Assembly (NCBI GenBank): GCA_963664195.1 | Contig: OY760907.1 | Coordinates: 918,439-982,438, forward strand | Source: an uncultured candidate division Zixibacteria bacterium | GTDB taxonomy: Bacteria > Zixibacteria > MSB-5A5 > GN15 > FEB-12 | DNA: 64,000 nt | Direction of reading: 5' to 3' | Shown here: one piece after another, positions 48,356 to 56,756 of the stretch | Layout of the letters: each line of letters starts with the position of its first letter | Position numbering within the stretch: position 1 is the first letter of the stretch | Position numbers and translations under genes: made by a program | Notes under the pieces: model-generated | Told to the model about the DNA's origin: nothing | Seen by the model: the letters and a program-made list of their open reading frames with translations, nothing else | Databases searched by the model: none

Positions 48356-50988
48356 CCCTGTGTTTCCTTGAGCATTTCCTTCAATACCGCAAACATCTCA
48401 ACAGCCTTCGTGCCTTCATCGACACCACCCTGCGCGAAATTGGGCTTGCCTCCACCGCGCCCGCCAAACCTACTCAGTAGGTCCTTTGTAATCTTACCTA
48501 CGTGAACGTTGTGGGATTTCACGGCGCTGGAACTCGCCGCCAACATCACAGCGATCTTGCCGTTGACATTGCCCATACCGACTGCAAACACCGGCTCGTT
48601 CTGCTCCTTGCGGTTGTCGATCCAGGCCGACATCGTATCCCGATCACTCTCTCCGAAATCGTGCGTCCAAACGCTCAACTCGCCGATCTTGCTTTCCTCG
48701 CCAACCGTCTGTCCGGCCCCCGCGACCATCTCGGCCTTAACTTTCTTGATCTCCTTCTGGAGTGCGGCAGCCGTCTCTTTCAATTGTTCCACGCCGTGCA
48801 GAGCCTCAGTTTCGGGACGTCCGACCAATCCGGCGACCTTCTGGCAGAAGACTTTGTTATCGAGCATCTGGCTCAACGCAGCCTGTCCGGTGATAGCCTC
48901 CATTCGTCTCACACCCGATGCAATCCCGGTCTCAACCGCTACAAAAAACGGTCCTATCTGGCTGACGTTTTGTACGTGGGTTCCGCCACACAGTTCCTTC
49001 GAGAAACCGCCGACCGACACGACACGTACCTCGTCACCGTACTTCTCACCAAACAGCGCCATCGCACCGGAGGCTTTGGCAGCCTCGACATTCATCAGAT
49101 CCGTCTGCACCGTTTCGGCGGCCAGTATCTGCTCATTGACAATACGCTCTACCTGAGCCACTTCGCCAGCCGTCATCGGTTGGTGATGCGAAAAATCAAA
49201 CCGCAGTCTGTCAGGTCCAACATACGATCCCGATTGTCTGACATGATCGCCGAGTACCTTGCGGAGCGCCGCGTGCGCGAGATGAGTCGCGGTGTGGTTG
49301 CGCATGATATCCCAGCGACGTTTGATATCCACTTCGGCAGTCACAGGCTCCTCGACATTCAATTTCTTGATATCACCGTGAGCCACCTTGCCGACATGGA
49401 CATAATGGCCCTGGTGCACAAACAACGACCTGACTTCGATCGTCACAGCGTCGTTGTAGATGAATCCTGTGTCACCGGTTTGTCCGCCGGACTCAGCATA
49501 AAACGGTGTCCGGTCTAAAACGACAGCAACTTCGCCCGACTCTCCAACAGCGTGTAGTTGCACGACAGCGTCGATCTTCAAACCTTCACGAACAAACTTG
49601 GTCGCCGGCAGTATTTCCAGAGCCGGTTCGGTCAGAGCCTCAAGGAAGCCGCGGTTGCCCTGTTCAACTGCAAACCCGGCCGCTGCTTTGGAACGCTCCT
49701 GCTGTGCGGACATCGCTTTCTCGAATCCGTTCTTGTCCAGTGAGAGCCCTTGCTCTCCGGCAATGATCTCGGTCAGGTCATACGGAAAACCGTAAGTGTC
49801 ATACAGCTTGAAAACATCTTCGCCGGGGACAACCGTTGTCCCGGTTTTCTTGAGTTTCTTCGAGAGATGCTCAAACTGCTCCAGTCCGGTATCGAGCGTG
49901 CGAAGAAACGATTCTTCCTCTGCCCTAATGACGTTTTCGATATGTGACTGCTTTTCCTTGATCTCAGGGTAGGCCGCGCCCATCTCGTTGACGAGCACCG
50001 GAACCAGCCTGTAGATAAAAGGTTCCTTCGCGCCCAGCTTGCGTCCGTGCCTTGCGGCACGGCGGAGGATTCGGCGAAGAACGTACCCTCTTCCTTCGTT
50101 GGAAATACCGGCACCGTCGGCCAGTGAGAAAGTCAGCGCCCGGATATGATCCGCCACCACGTGATGCGACGAAATGTTGTCTTCGTATTTCGATCCGGTA
50201 AGCTCCGATACCGCCGTGACGAGATTCTGGAAAAGGTCAATCCCGTAATTAGTGTTGCATCCCTGCATGATCGCAGCGATACGTTCGAGGCCGGCTCCCG
50301 TATCCACCGAGGGCTTTGGCAGGTCGATGACTTTCCCATCGGGAAGCTGATCGTTCTGCATGAACACAAGATTCCAGATTTCGACAAACCGATCCGTCTC
50401 CCCGTTGACCACATGCTGCGGCCCGACACCGTATTTCTCGCCGCGATCGTAATGCAATTCCGAGCAGGGACCGCACGGTCCGACATCACCCATTGACCAG
50501 TAATTGTCATGTCGGCCGCATCGGAGTATGCGACCGTCTCTCAGCTCGGGCGCAACCTTCCCCCATAACTCGAACGCCTCGTCATCGGTCTCGTACACAC
50601 TGGCGTAGAGACGATCCTTCGACAACCCGAGGTCTCTGGTCACCCATTCCCAGCAATACAAAATCGCCTGTTCTTTGAAATAGTCGCCAAATGAGAAATT
50701 ACCCAGCATTTCAAAAAACGTATGGTGTCTCGCGGTGAACCCGACATTGTCGAGATCGTTATGTTTGCCGCCGGCGCGGATACACTTCTGCGAGCTGGTA
50801 GCCCGGGGAAAGTCCGATTTGGCCTTTCCAGTAAACACGTCCTTGAACTGGTTCATGCCGGCGTTGATGAACAGGATAGTCGGGTCATCAAACGGGATGA
50901 CCGGAGACGACGGCACCAGGCGGTGGTCGTTCTTCTGGAAAAAATCCAGGAATGATTGTCGTATATCGGCGGTCTTAATCTTCAGTTT
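48352..50988 (-). CDS. alaS: Alanine--tRNA ligase
   Basis: Full-length AlaS with '…IRQSFLDFFQKNDHRL…' at the N-terminus, the editing domain and C-Ala. The probable start is a non-ATG codon (CTG 50988 or ATT 50982) after a GGAGAAGAGAGG RBS, immediately after the recX stop. The 36-aa ATG extension back to 51093 would overlap recX. Confidence 0.85.
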   Translation of the reverse strand, partial: KLKIKTADIRQSFLDFFQKNDHRLVPSSPVIPFDDPTILFINAGMNQFKDVFTGKAKSDFPRATSSQKCIRAGGKHNDLDNVGFTARHHTFFEMLGNFSFGDYFKEQAILYCWEWVTRDLGLSKDRLYASVYETDDEAFELWGKVAPELRDGRILRCGRHDNYWSMGDVGPCGPCSELHYDRGEKYGVGPQHVVNGETDRFVEIWNLVFMQNDQLPDGKVIDLPKPSVDTGAGLERIAAIMQGCNTNYGIDLFQNLVTAVSELTGSKYEDNISSHHVVADHIRALTFSLADGAGISNEGRGYVLRRILRRAARHGRKLGAKEPFIYRLVPVLVNEMGAAYPEIKEKQSHIENVIRAEEESFLRTLDTGLEQFEHLSKKLKKTGTTVVPGEDVFKLYDTYGFPYDLTEIIAGEQGLSLDKNGFEKAMSAQQERSKAAAGFAVEQGNRGFLEALTEPALEILPATKFVREGLKIDAVVQLHAVGESGEVAVVLDRTPFYAESGGQTGDTGFIYNDAVTIEVRSLFVHQGHYVHVGKVAHGDIKKLNVEEPVTAEVDIKRRWDIMRNHTATHLAHAALRKVLGDHVRQSGSYVGPDRLRFDFSHHQPMTAGEVAQVERIVNEQILAAETVQTDLMNVEAAKASGAMALFGEKYGDEVRVVSVGGFSKELCGGTHVQNVSQIGPFFVAVETGIASGVRRMEAITGQAALSQMLDNKVFCQKVAGLVGRPETEALHGVEQLKETAAALQKEIKKVKAEMVAGAGQTVGEESKIGELSVWTHDFGESDRDTMSAWIDNRKEQNEPVFAVGMGNVNGKIAVMLAASSSAVKSHNVHVGKITKDLLSRFGGRGGGKPNFAQGGVDEGTKAVEMFAVLKEMLKETQG

Positions 50989-51643
50989 CCTCTCTTCTCC
51001 TGCGGTGTAACGTCTCAAAGGCGGCCTTCGCGGCCCCGTATCCGATCCCCCGGCGAGAAAGATAATTATACGCCTTCTTGCGGGCCGATTCAATATCTAT
51101 CTGGGCGTACAGGTGCCACTTGCGCTCCAATGCCTCAACCGCAAGACTGGTTTCGTCTCTGTCCTCGAGCAAATCATCAACAACCCGTTCGGCCAGGGAT
51201 CGGTCGACCCGCCTCTTCTGTAGCTCCGCGATAATAAAGGTCCGCCCCGAAGGCTTTTTCTCCAGCGTCCGACGCGCCAGCATTTCGGCAAACCGACGGT
51301 CATCCAAAAGACCGTTGCGGACGTACTTCGAAACAACGGATTCAACTGCGTCAGGACCGATCTCCTTCTGCTTGAGCTTAAAGCGCACCTCACCGACCGA
51401 ATGTTCCCGATAGCCCAGCATCCGCCCGACCAACCGATCGCACTCATCCACCTCGGCCTCGGCGATCAACTGCTCAAGCTGCGGCCGGGTGATCACGATC
51501 CCCTTTTTGAGCCGATGTTTGAAGACCATACTGATCGACACGACCAGTGGTTCCTTGAGGGTACTGACGGACAGTTTGTACCGTCCGGCGAATTCGTACA
51601 GTTTGGTGATACGGATTTGCTCGTTTGTAGGCTCGTAATCAGA
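50975..51643 (-). CDS. recX: RecX-family regulatory protein
   Basis: Three-helix repeat composition ('…RRFAEMLARRTLEKKPSG…', '…AYNYLSRRGIGYGAAKAAFE'). The conserved recX–alaS order is present. Confidence 0.75.
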   Translation of the reverse strand, partial: SDYEPTNEQIRITKLYEFAGRYKLSVSTLKEPLVVSISMVFKHRLKKGIVITRPQLEQLIAEAEVDECDRLVGRMLGYREHSVGEVRFKLKQKEIGPDAVESVVSKYVRNGLLDDRRFAEMLARRTLEKKPSGRTFIIAELQKRRVDRSLAERVVDDLLEDRDETSLAVEALERKWHLYAQIDIESARKKAYNYLSRRGIGYGAAKAAFETLHRRRREETED

Positions 51644-51800
51644 CATAGAGTGCAATAATAACCCACGTGTGCGTTACACAAAACAAAAATACGCCGCCCT
51701 TCTGTTGCACCTCCGTCAGAATACGCCATCATGCCGCCAAATCCTCCAACTCGCCATGCCCCTACCCGGCAACAAATTGTGGACAAACTTAACTTGGGTG

Positions 51801-51831
51801 TTGACTTGACAAAATGTACATTGTATATAAT
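51801..51831 (+). promoter_or_regulatory. Sigma-70-like promoter (TTGACT-17nt-TATATAAT) in the AT-rich recX/DUF4388 divergent region
   Basis: The hexamers and spacing were read directly. An overlapping inverted repeat ACATT-gtatata-AATGT is also present. Confidence 0.4.
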
Positions 51832-51970
51832 GTCAAATGAAATTAACTGGCGTAATTCGTTAGTTAATAGTGGCTTCTGGATTGGTCGATTTATTCCAAC
51901 TGGATAATTTGTTTTCATACATAGAGATACAAAGCTATCCGGAATGTACTACGGAAAAGCAAAGGTAACC

Positions 51971-52849
51971 ATGGATCTAGACCTACAGGGTAATATAGAG
52001 AAATTCACCCTTCCGGAGATTCTCCAGCTCATCGCCGCCTCACGAAAGTCCGGCACTCTGGGCATACAGAAGGACGAATCGATCATCATGATCTACTTCC
52101 AGGCGGGAGATATCATCTACGGCTACGGCCCCCGCCAGACTTTCCACCTCGGACAACTCCTCAAGGAACGCGGCAAACTGACCACCGAGCAACTCGAAGA
52201 AGCTGTTCAGGCTCAAGCCAAAACCGAAAACACCAAGCGTCTGGGTGAAATTCTGGTCGCCAAAGGATTTATCGATCGCGCCGACCTTCAGTCAGTCGTC
52301 CGGAGTCAGGTAGAGGACCTCCTCTACTCGCTGTTGTCATGGCAGTCCGGGTCGTTCAAGTTCTACGAAGACCAATTCCCCACCGACGAAGAGATCACGG
52401 TCTCATTGTCGGTCGAGAATGTCATCCTCGAGGGGTTGCGACGCATCGATGAAGAATCCATGATCAACGACACCCTGCCGGATCTCGACAAAGTCTGCAC
52501 GATCACCGCCTCTCAGGCCGGAAGGACCCGCTCGGTCACGATGAAAGCCTCCGAGTGGAACGTCATGGCTCTCGTCAACGGCAAACGGTCCATCAATCAG
52601 ATCTGCGATGCCTCCCCGATCGGGCGCGAGAAGACGCTCAACCGTCTGGCGCATCTCAATCTGGCCGGACTGATCACGACTACCGAAAAGATTGCCGAGC
52701 CGGAGAACGGTTCCAGTCTCGAGGGTATGATCGGGCGCCTGACCGGACTACTGGAAAACTACCTGACGGACAAAGCTACCCCTGTCGTCACCAGAGAGCA
52801 GATCGTTACCGAAGCTGTCACCGCAACTTTGGCCGGAGAGGAAGTGTGA
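51971..52849 (+). CDS. DUF4388/PATAN-domain protein
   Basis: 'FTLPEILQLIAASRKSGTLGI' matches the remembered DUF4388 N-terminal motif. The start was chosen at MDLDLQ, 7 nt after an AAAGGTAA RBS. Confidence 0.65.
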   Translation: MDLDLQGNIEKFTLPEILQLIAASRKSGTLGIQKDESIIMIYFQAGDIIYGYGPRQTFHLGQLLKERGKLTTEQLEEAVQAQAKTENTKRLGEILVAKGFIDRADLQSVVRSQVEDLLYSLLSWQSGSFKFYEDQFPTDEEITVSLSVENVILEGLRRIDEESMINDTLPDLDKVCTITASQAGRTRSVTMKASEWNVMALVNGKRSINQICDASPIGREKTLNRLAHLNLAGLITTTEKIAEPENGSSLEGMIGRLTGLLENYLTDKATPVVTREQIVTEAVTATLAGEEV

Positions 52850-53568
52850 GCCGGGCACAAACGCTCAAATCGCTTGAGGTTGTACTCGAGTCGTTCCTCG
52901 ACCGGGCGGTAGCTCTCAAAGAGCAGCGGCTTGAAGTTCTCGGCGGCATTAACCGCCTGGACGACATAGCCCGCGGTGTACAGCGAGGCGAGGACTTCAC
53001 CGATCAAATGGGCGGCTGGTTCGCCGAACACAGCCAGTGGCTCAACAGCGAGACACTTCGGGCCGGCGACCGTAACCGTATCGGCGGTATTCTGGGCGAG
53101 ATCAAAAAAGAACTGGGAGTCTCCGAATACTCCTCCCCCGCCATCCACAAGATTTCCAGCGAGATCGACCGCTGGACGCCCTCAGGCGCCTCACCGACAC
53201 CTGACAATCGGTTGGGAGTCAAGGCCGAACACAATCAGCGATCAGAGGGTGCGGGCCGACGAGTCATCGTACTGAGACGGGGTGCAGAGGCTGCCGAGGA
53301 GTCACAGGTTGACTCTATCTCGCTGTTTGGCACTACCTTAGAGCAAATAACCGCTCTCTTCAAGGACGTTGCCGGCAACCGAAAACATTTGATGTCGGTA
53401 CTCGACGATGCCCTGGAATCGGCTAAGATCCAAAACAATAAAGAGGCCTTGCTTTTGTCGGCGCTCATTATATATTATCTGAAGCAAAACGGCTACAAAA
53501 CGGAGCCGTTTGTGAAGCGGCTAAAAACTGCCGAACGCCTGCACGAAAGGACGGAGAGTAATGCTTAA
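52846..53568 (+). CDS. Hypothetical protein (240 aa), translationally coupled (GTGTGA overlap)
   Basis: A GTG start overlaps the upstream stop. The frame was read directly and no domain was recognised. Confidence 0.55.
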   Translation: MSRAQTLKSLEVVLESFLDRAVALKEQRLEVLGGINRLDDIARGVQRGEDFTDQMGGWFAEHSQWLNSETLRAGDRNRIGGILGEIKKELGVSEYSSPAIHKISSEIDRWTPSGASPTPDNRLGVKAEHNQRSEGAGRRVIVLRRGAEAAEESQVDSISLFGTTLEQITALFKDVAGNRKHLMSVLDDALESAKIQNNKEALLLSALIIYYLKQNGYKTEPFVKRLKTAERLHERTESNA

Positions 53569-53809
53569 TTCTTCGGAGAAAGCATATTGTCTGGCCCTGC
53601 AGGCATTGAAGCAGAAACAGTACCGTCAGGCTGTCGATCAGTTTGAGCGGGCGGTTTCCTTTTTTGATGCTAACAAGGAATTCCACCTGCTGCACGAAAC
53701 GACCCGACTGCTGGTAGCGGTACAGGAAGAGTTAGCCGCGCTGGAAAACGAAGATACGCTGATAATCGAGGAGGTCTTTTCAGATGGCCAAGAAGCAAAC
53801 CTTCCTTGA
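53561..53809 (+). CDS. Hypothetical small helical protein (82 aa)
   Basis: It overlaps the upstream gene by 8 nt. It is TPR-like helical (…AYCLALQALKQKQYRQAVDQFERAVSFFDANKEF…). Confidence 0.5.
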   Translation: MLNSSEKAYCLALQALKQKQYRQAVDQFERAVSFFDANKEFHLLHETTRLLVAVQEELAALENEDTLIIEEVFSDGQEANLP

Positions 53810-53972
53810 CAAAACGAAGTCAAAGGAATCCGGTCACATTTGTCCGATTTGTGACGCAGAATTCCAGTTTGTCAAGCACGTCAAAGCCGTGAAAGCGGAG
53901 AACGACGCGTGGAAGTTCCGCACGGTAAACGCCCGTGTGTGCAAGTGCAACGAGAAAGAGATCTACGCCTAA
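53784..53972 (+). CDS. Small zinc-ribbon protein (62 aa; CPIC…CKC)
   Basis: It overlaps the upstream gene by 26 nt. The protein reads MAKKQTFLDKTKSKESGHICPICDAEF…ARVCKCNEKEIYA. A strong terminator follows. Confidence 0.5.
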   Translation: MAKKQTFLDKTKSKESGHICPICDAEFQFVKHVKAVKAENDAWKFRTVNARVCKCNEKEIYA

Positions 53973-54002
53973 GCAGACCTCTCGACATTGCCAAATCTCA
54001 AA

Positions 54003-54030
54003 AGCTCCCTTAACCGGGAGCTTTTTTTTT
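54003..54030 (+). terminator. Rho-independent terminator (agctccc-ttaacc-gggagct + T9)
   Basis: Read directly from the sequence. Confidence 0.7.
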
Positions 54031-54168
54031 GGTATGAACAAGTCACACTGAGCCTGTCGAAGTGTGCACCTTGCTTAAATGCCTTGGTGCCCCACAGCCC
54101 TCCTTCGGCGGGTCTACGACTTGCCGTGGGATTGGATTCTGGGTGAAGGAGTACTCCCCAGTAAATCT

Positions 54169-54417
54169 TTAGTCTCCAAAATTCAGCAGAATGACAACCT
54201 CACCTTTGTCGTCAAGTACACCAGAAAAGCGCATCCCTGCAATGTATAAATCTACTTCGTGCTGCCAACCATCCTTCTTGAACAACTCGTCGTCAAACCG
54301 TACTCGCATTCTGAACTCGGCACCGCTAATGGAACTCAAGTACGGATAATCCTCACGTCCACTGAACGTTATGTTCTGACCGTAGAATCTAACTCCCAGA
54401 TTCCTCTTGCTGGCCAC
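54169..54417 (-). CDS. Possible small gene or gene fragment in a low-GC patch (GTG start, no RBS)
   Basis: The 82-aa ORF has protein-like composition (…FDDELFKKDGWQHEVDLYIAGMRFSGVLDDKGEVVILLNFGD). GC3 is about 50%, clearly below neighbouring genes. Confidence 0.25.
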   Translation of the reverse strand: MASKRNLGVRFYGQNITFSGREDYPYLSSISGAEFRMRVRFDDELFKKDGWQHEVDLYIAGMRFSGVLDDKGEVVILLNFGD

Positions 54418-54597
54418 TGGGTGGCCGGCTCAAACTCGTTTGGGCCGGTTCAAATACCCCTCCAAACAAGTTTGAAGGGGCCACCCGGAATGACGGTGTT
54501 CATCCTCGTCGCATCCCTACTCCCCCTTGTAATCCCCCGCAAAAGAACGTATATTTTCCGTCGCCGTTACGCCCAACGCGTAGAACGGCATAACCGT

Positions 54598-55392
54598 ATG
54601 GAAATGAGCATGAGACAGCCGGATGAACCTGACATGACCGACGCCCAGAAGACCAAAGGGGCGACATCCGGCCAACCAGCTGACCGCAAGGTCGTCCCCT
54701 CTCGCAGGGAAGTCTGGAAGATGTTCGACCGGATCGCCTGGCGATACGATCTGCTCAACCATCTCCTCTCAGCCAATCAGGACAAAGCCTGGCGCAAGCG
54801 GCTCACCGCTTTGCTCCCCGGGGGCAACGATCTGAAGGCCCTCGATCTGGCAAGCGGCACCGGTGATCAGCTACTCGCCCTCCACGACAGCGGTCGCATC
54901 AAACACGGAGTCGGCACCGATCTCGCCGAGAAGATGCTCGCAATCGGACGAGAGAAAATCACCGCGCGCGGGCTGAACGATTCGCTCGAACTCAAGACCG
55001 GCGACGCGCAGAACATCCCGTTTGAGGATGACCGGTTCGATGCCGTCACGATTTCGTTCGGCATTCGCAACATGACCGATGTCTCCCTCGCGCTCCGTGA
55101 AATGCACCGCGTCCTCAAACCGGGCGGTCGGGCACTGATACTCGAATTCTCCCTGCCGACCAACGGGTTCGTTCGGTGGGGGTATTTGCTATACTTTAGA
55201 CACGTACTTCCGACACTCGGTAAGAAAATCTCGGGCGATGACGGCGCGTATCGCTACCTCAACGAAACGGTCGAAACCTTCCCCTACGGTCAGGCGTTCT
55301 GCGACCTGATGACCGACGCCGGATTCCAAAACGTGAAAGACAACCGCCTGACGCTCGGCATTGCGTCGATATACCAGGGCGACAAGATATGA
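54598..55392 (+). CDS. ubiE: Demethylmenaquinone/ubiquinone C-methyltransferase
   Basis: 'LDLASGTGD' is the SAM motif I. '…RWGYLLYFRHVLPTLG…' is the UbiE family signature. The first ATG was chosen and the N-terminus is uncertain. Confidence 0.8.
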   Translation: MEMSMRQPDEPDMTDAQKTKGATSGQPADRKVVPSRREVWKMFDRIAWRYDLLNHLLSANQDKAWRKRLTALLPGGNDLKALDLASGTGDQLLALHDSGRIKHGVGTDLAEKMLAIGREKITARGLNDSLELKTGDAQNIPFEDDRFDAVTISFGIRNMTDVSLALREMHRVLKPGGRALILEFSLPTNGFVRWGYLLYFRHVLPTLGKKISGDDGAYRYLNETVETFPYGQAFCDLMTDAGFQNVKDNRLTLGIASIYQGDKI

Positions 55393-56756
55393 GTATGGTA
55401 GCTGACAAATATACGTTCCAAGCCGCCGTTGCACAGCTTGCCAACAGGATCAAGATGGCTGTCGGCATGCGTTCACAGTTGGAATCGAAAAACAGATTCG
55501 CACTGCGACTGGAAACACAGATCAACCCCGTTGACCCGCTGCTCTGGCTCGCCTCTCAAAACTGCGACGCGCATACCTACTGGCGCGGTCGCGACGGTGA
55601 TTTCGAGATGGCCGGGGTTGGTGCGGCATCTGTGTGCAATCAGATCAGCGAGATCAACACCAACTGCAACGACGACCTGCGATACTTCGGAGGCCTTCGG
55701 TTTGACACGCAGCGCCCGCCCGAAGAGCAGGACGCAATATGGAAGCCGTTTGCTGCTTCCCGATTCGTCCTGCCCCGTTTTGAGCTGATCGCCGAACCTG
55801 ACAGACACACGCTCGTCTGCAATCTTCTTGTCGAAGAGCTGACGGCCGAGTGCCTTGGGCACATTAACCACGAGTTGAGTGAGCTATCTGCCGAACATCC
55901 GTGGGACGAAAGCGCACCGCTCTCCCAGGTCAGCCGTGTTGACAATCCCGACCAGCAAGGCTGGGCCAGTTCTATCGCAAATGCCTTACAATCGATAAAG
56001 GCGGGGCGTCTGGAAAAGATCGTCCTGGCCCGACGAAGCGATGTCGAGTCTTCGCATAACATCAATCCGTGGCAACTCCTGGCGAAACTCCGCGAGACCA
56101 CCGAGGCCTGTACACTGTTCGGCATTCAGCCGGAGCCGGGCGCTGTTTTCGTCGGCGCGACACCGGAACGTCTCTACGCCCGCCACGGTGACCAAATCAA
56201 GAGCGAAGCAATTGCAGGCACCCGACCGCGCGGCACGGATTCAAAAGAGGATGAACGGTTGGCCGACGAACTCACCGCCTCGATTAAGGACAATGTCGAG
56301 CATCAGTATGTGGTCAAGAGCATTGCCGGGCATCTCGAAGCACTCAGTCAATCCGTAACCGTCGCCGAGCGACCACACATCCTGAAGCTCGCCCGCGTAC
56401 AGCATCTCAAGACAGATATCTCGGCTCGTCTCAACGACCACGTCTCCGATGCTGATCTGGTAAACACGCTGCATCCAACTCCGGCGGTCGGCGGCGTTCC
56501 GGATGATCTGGCGCGCGAGGAAATTGCATGGCTGGAGCCGTTTGATCGCGGCTGGTATGCCGGGCCAGTAGGTTGGGTAGGATCGGGACGCTCAGAATTT
56601 GCAGTTGCGATTCGTTCCGCCCTCGTGGCCGACAATCGCTTGATGCTGTTCGGCGGGGCGGGAATCGTGAACGGCTCTACCGCCGAATACGAATGGCAGG
56701 AAATCGAATATAAAACTTCGCTGTTTGTTAGCACGTTGACCGACGAAAACAAATGA
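55389..56756 (+). CDS. menF: Isochorismate synthase (menaquinone-specific)
   Basis: It has the chorismate-binding C-terminal domain ('…GGVPDDLAREEIAWLEPFDRGWYAGPVGWV…'). Its start overlaps the ubiE stop (ATGA). Confidence 0.85.
   Translation: MSMVADKYTFQAAVAQLANRIKMAVGMRSQLESKNRFALRLETQINPVDPLLWLASQNCDAHTYWRGRDGDFEMAGVGAASVCNQISEINTNCNDDLRYFGGLRFDTQRPPEEQDAIWKPFAASRFVLPRFELIAEPDRHTLVCNLLVEELTAECLGHINHELSELSAEHPWDESAPLSQVSRVDNPDQQGWASSIANALQSIKAGRLEKIVLARRSDVESSHNINPWQLLAKLRETTEACTLFGIQPEPGAVFVGATPERLYARHGDQIKSEAIAGTRPRGTDSKEDERLADELTASIKDNVEHQYVVKSIAGHLEALSQSVTVAERPHILKLARVQHLKTDISARLNDHVSDADLVNTLHPTPAVGGVPDDLAREEIAWLEPFDRGWYAGPVGWVGSGRSEFAVAIRSALVADNRLMLFGGAGIVNGSTAEYEWQEIEYKTSLFVSTLTDENK

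Noticed and set aside
48502-49518. 338-aa plus-strand ORF
   Set aside because: It is antisense to alaS.
54259-54597. N-terminal 113-aa extension of the ubiE ORF
   Set aside because: The extension spans the repeat element and the intergenic region and has no similarity to UbiE. The family-conserved N-terminus begins near the ATG at 54598.
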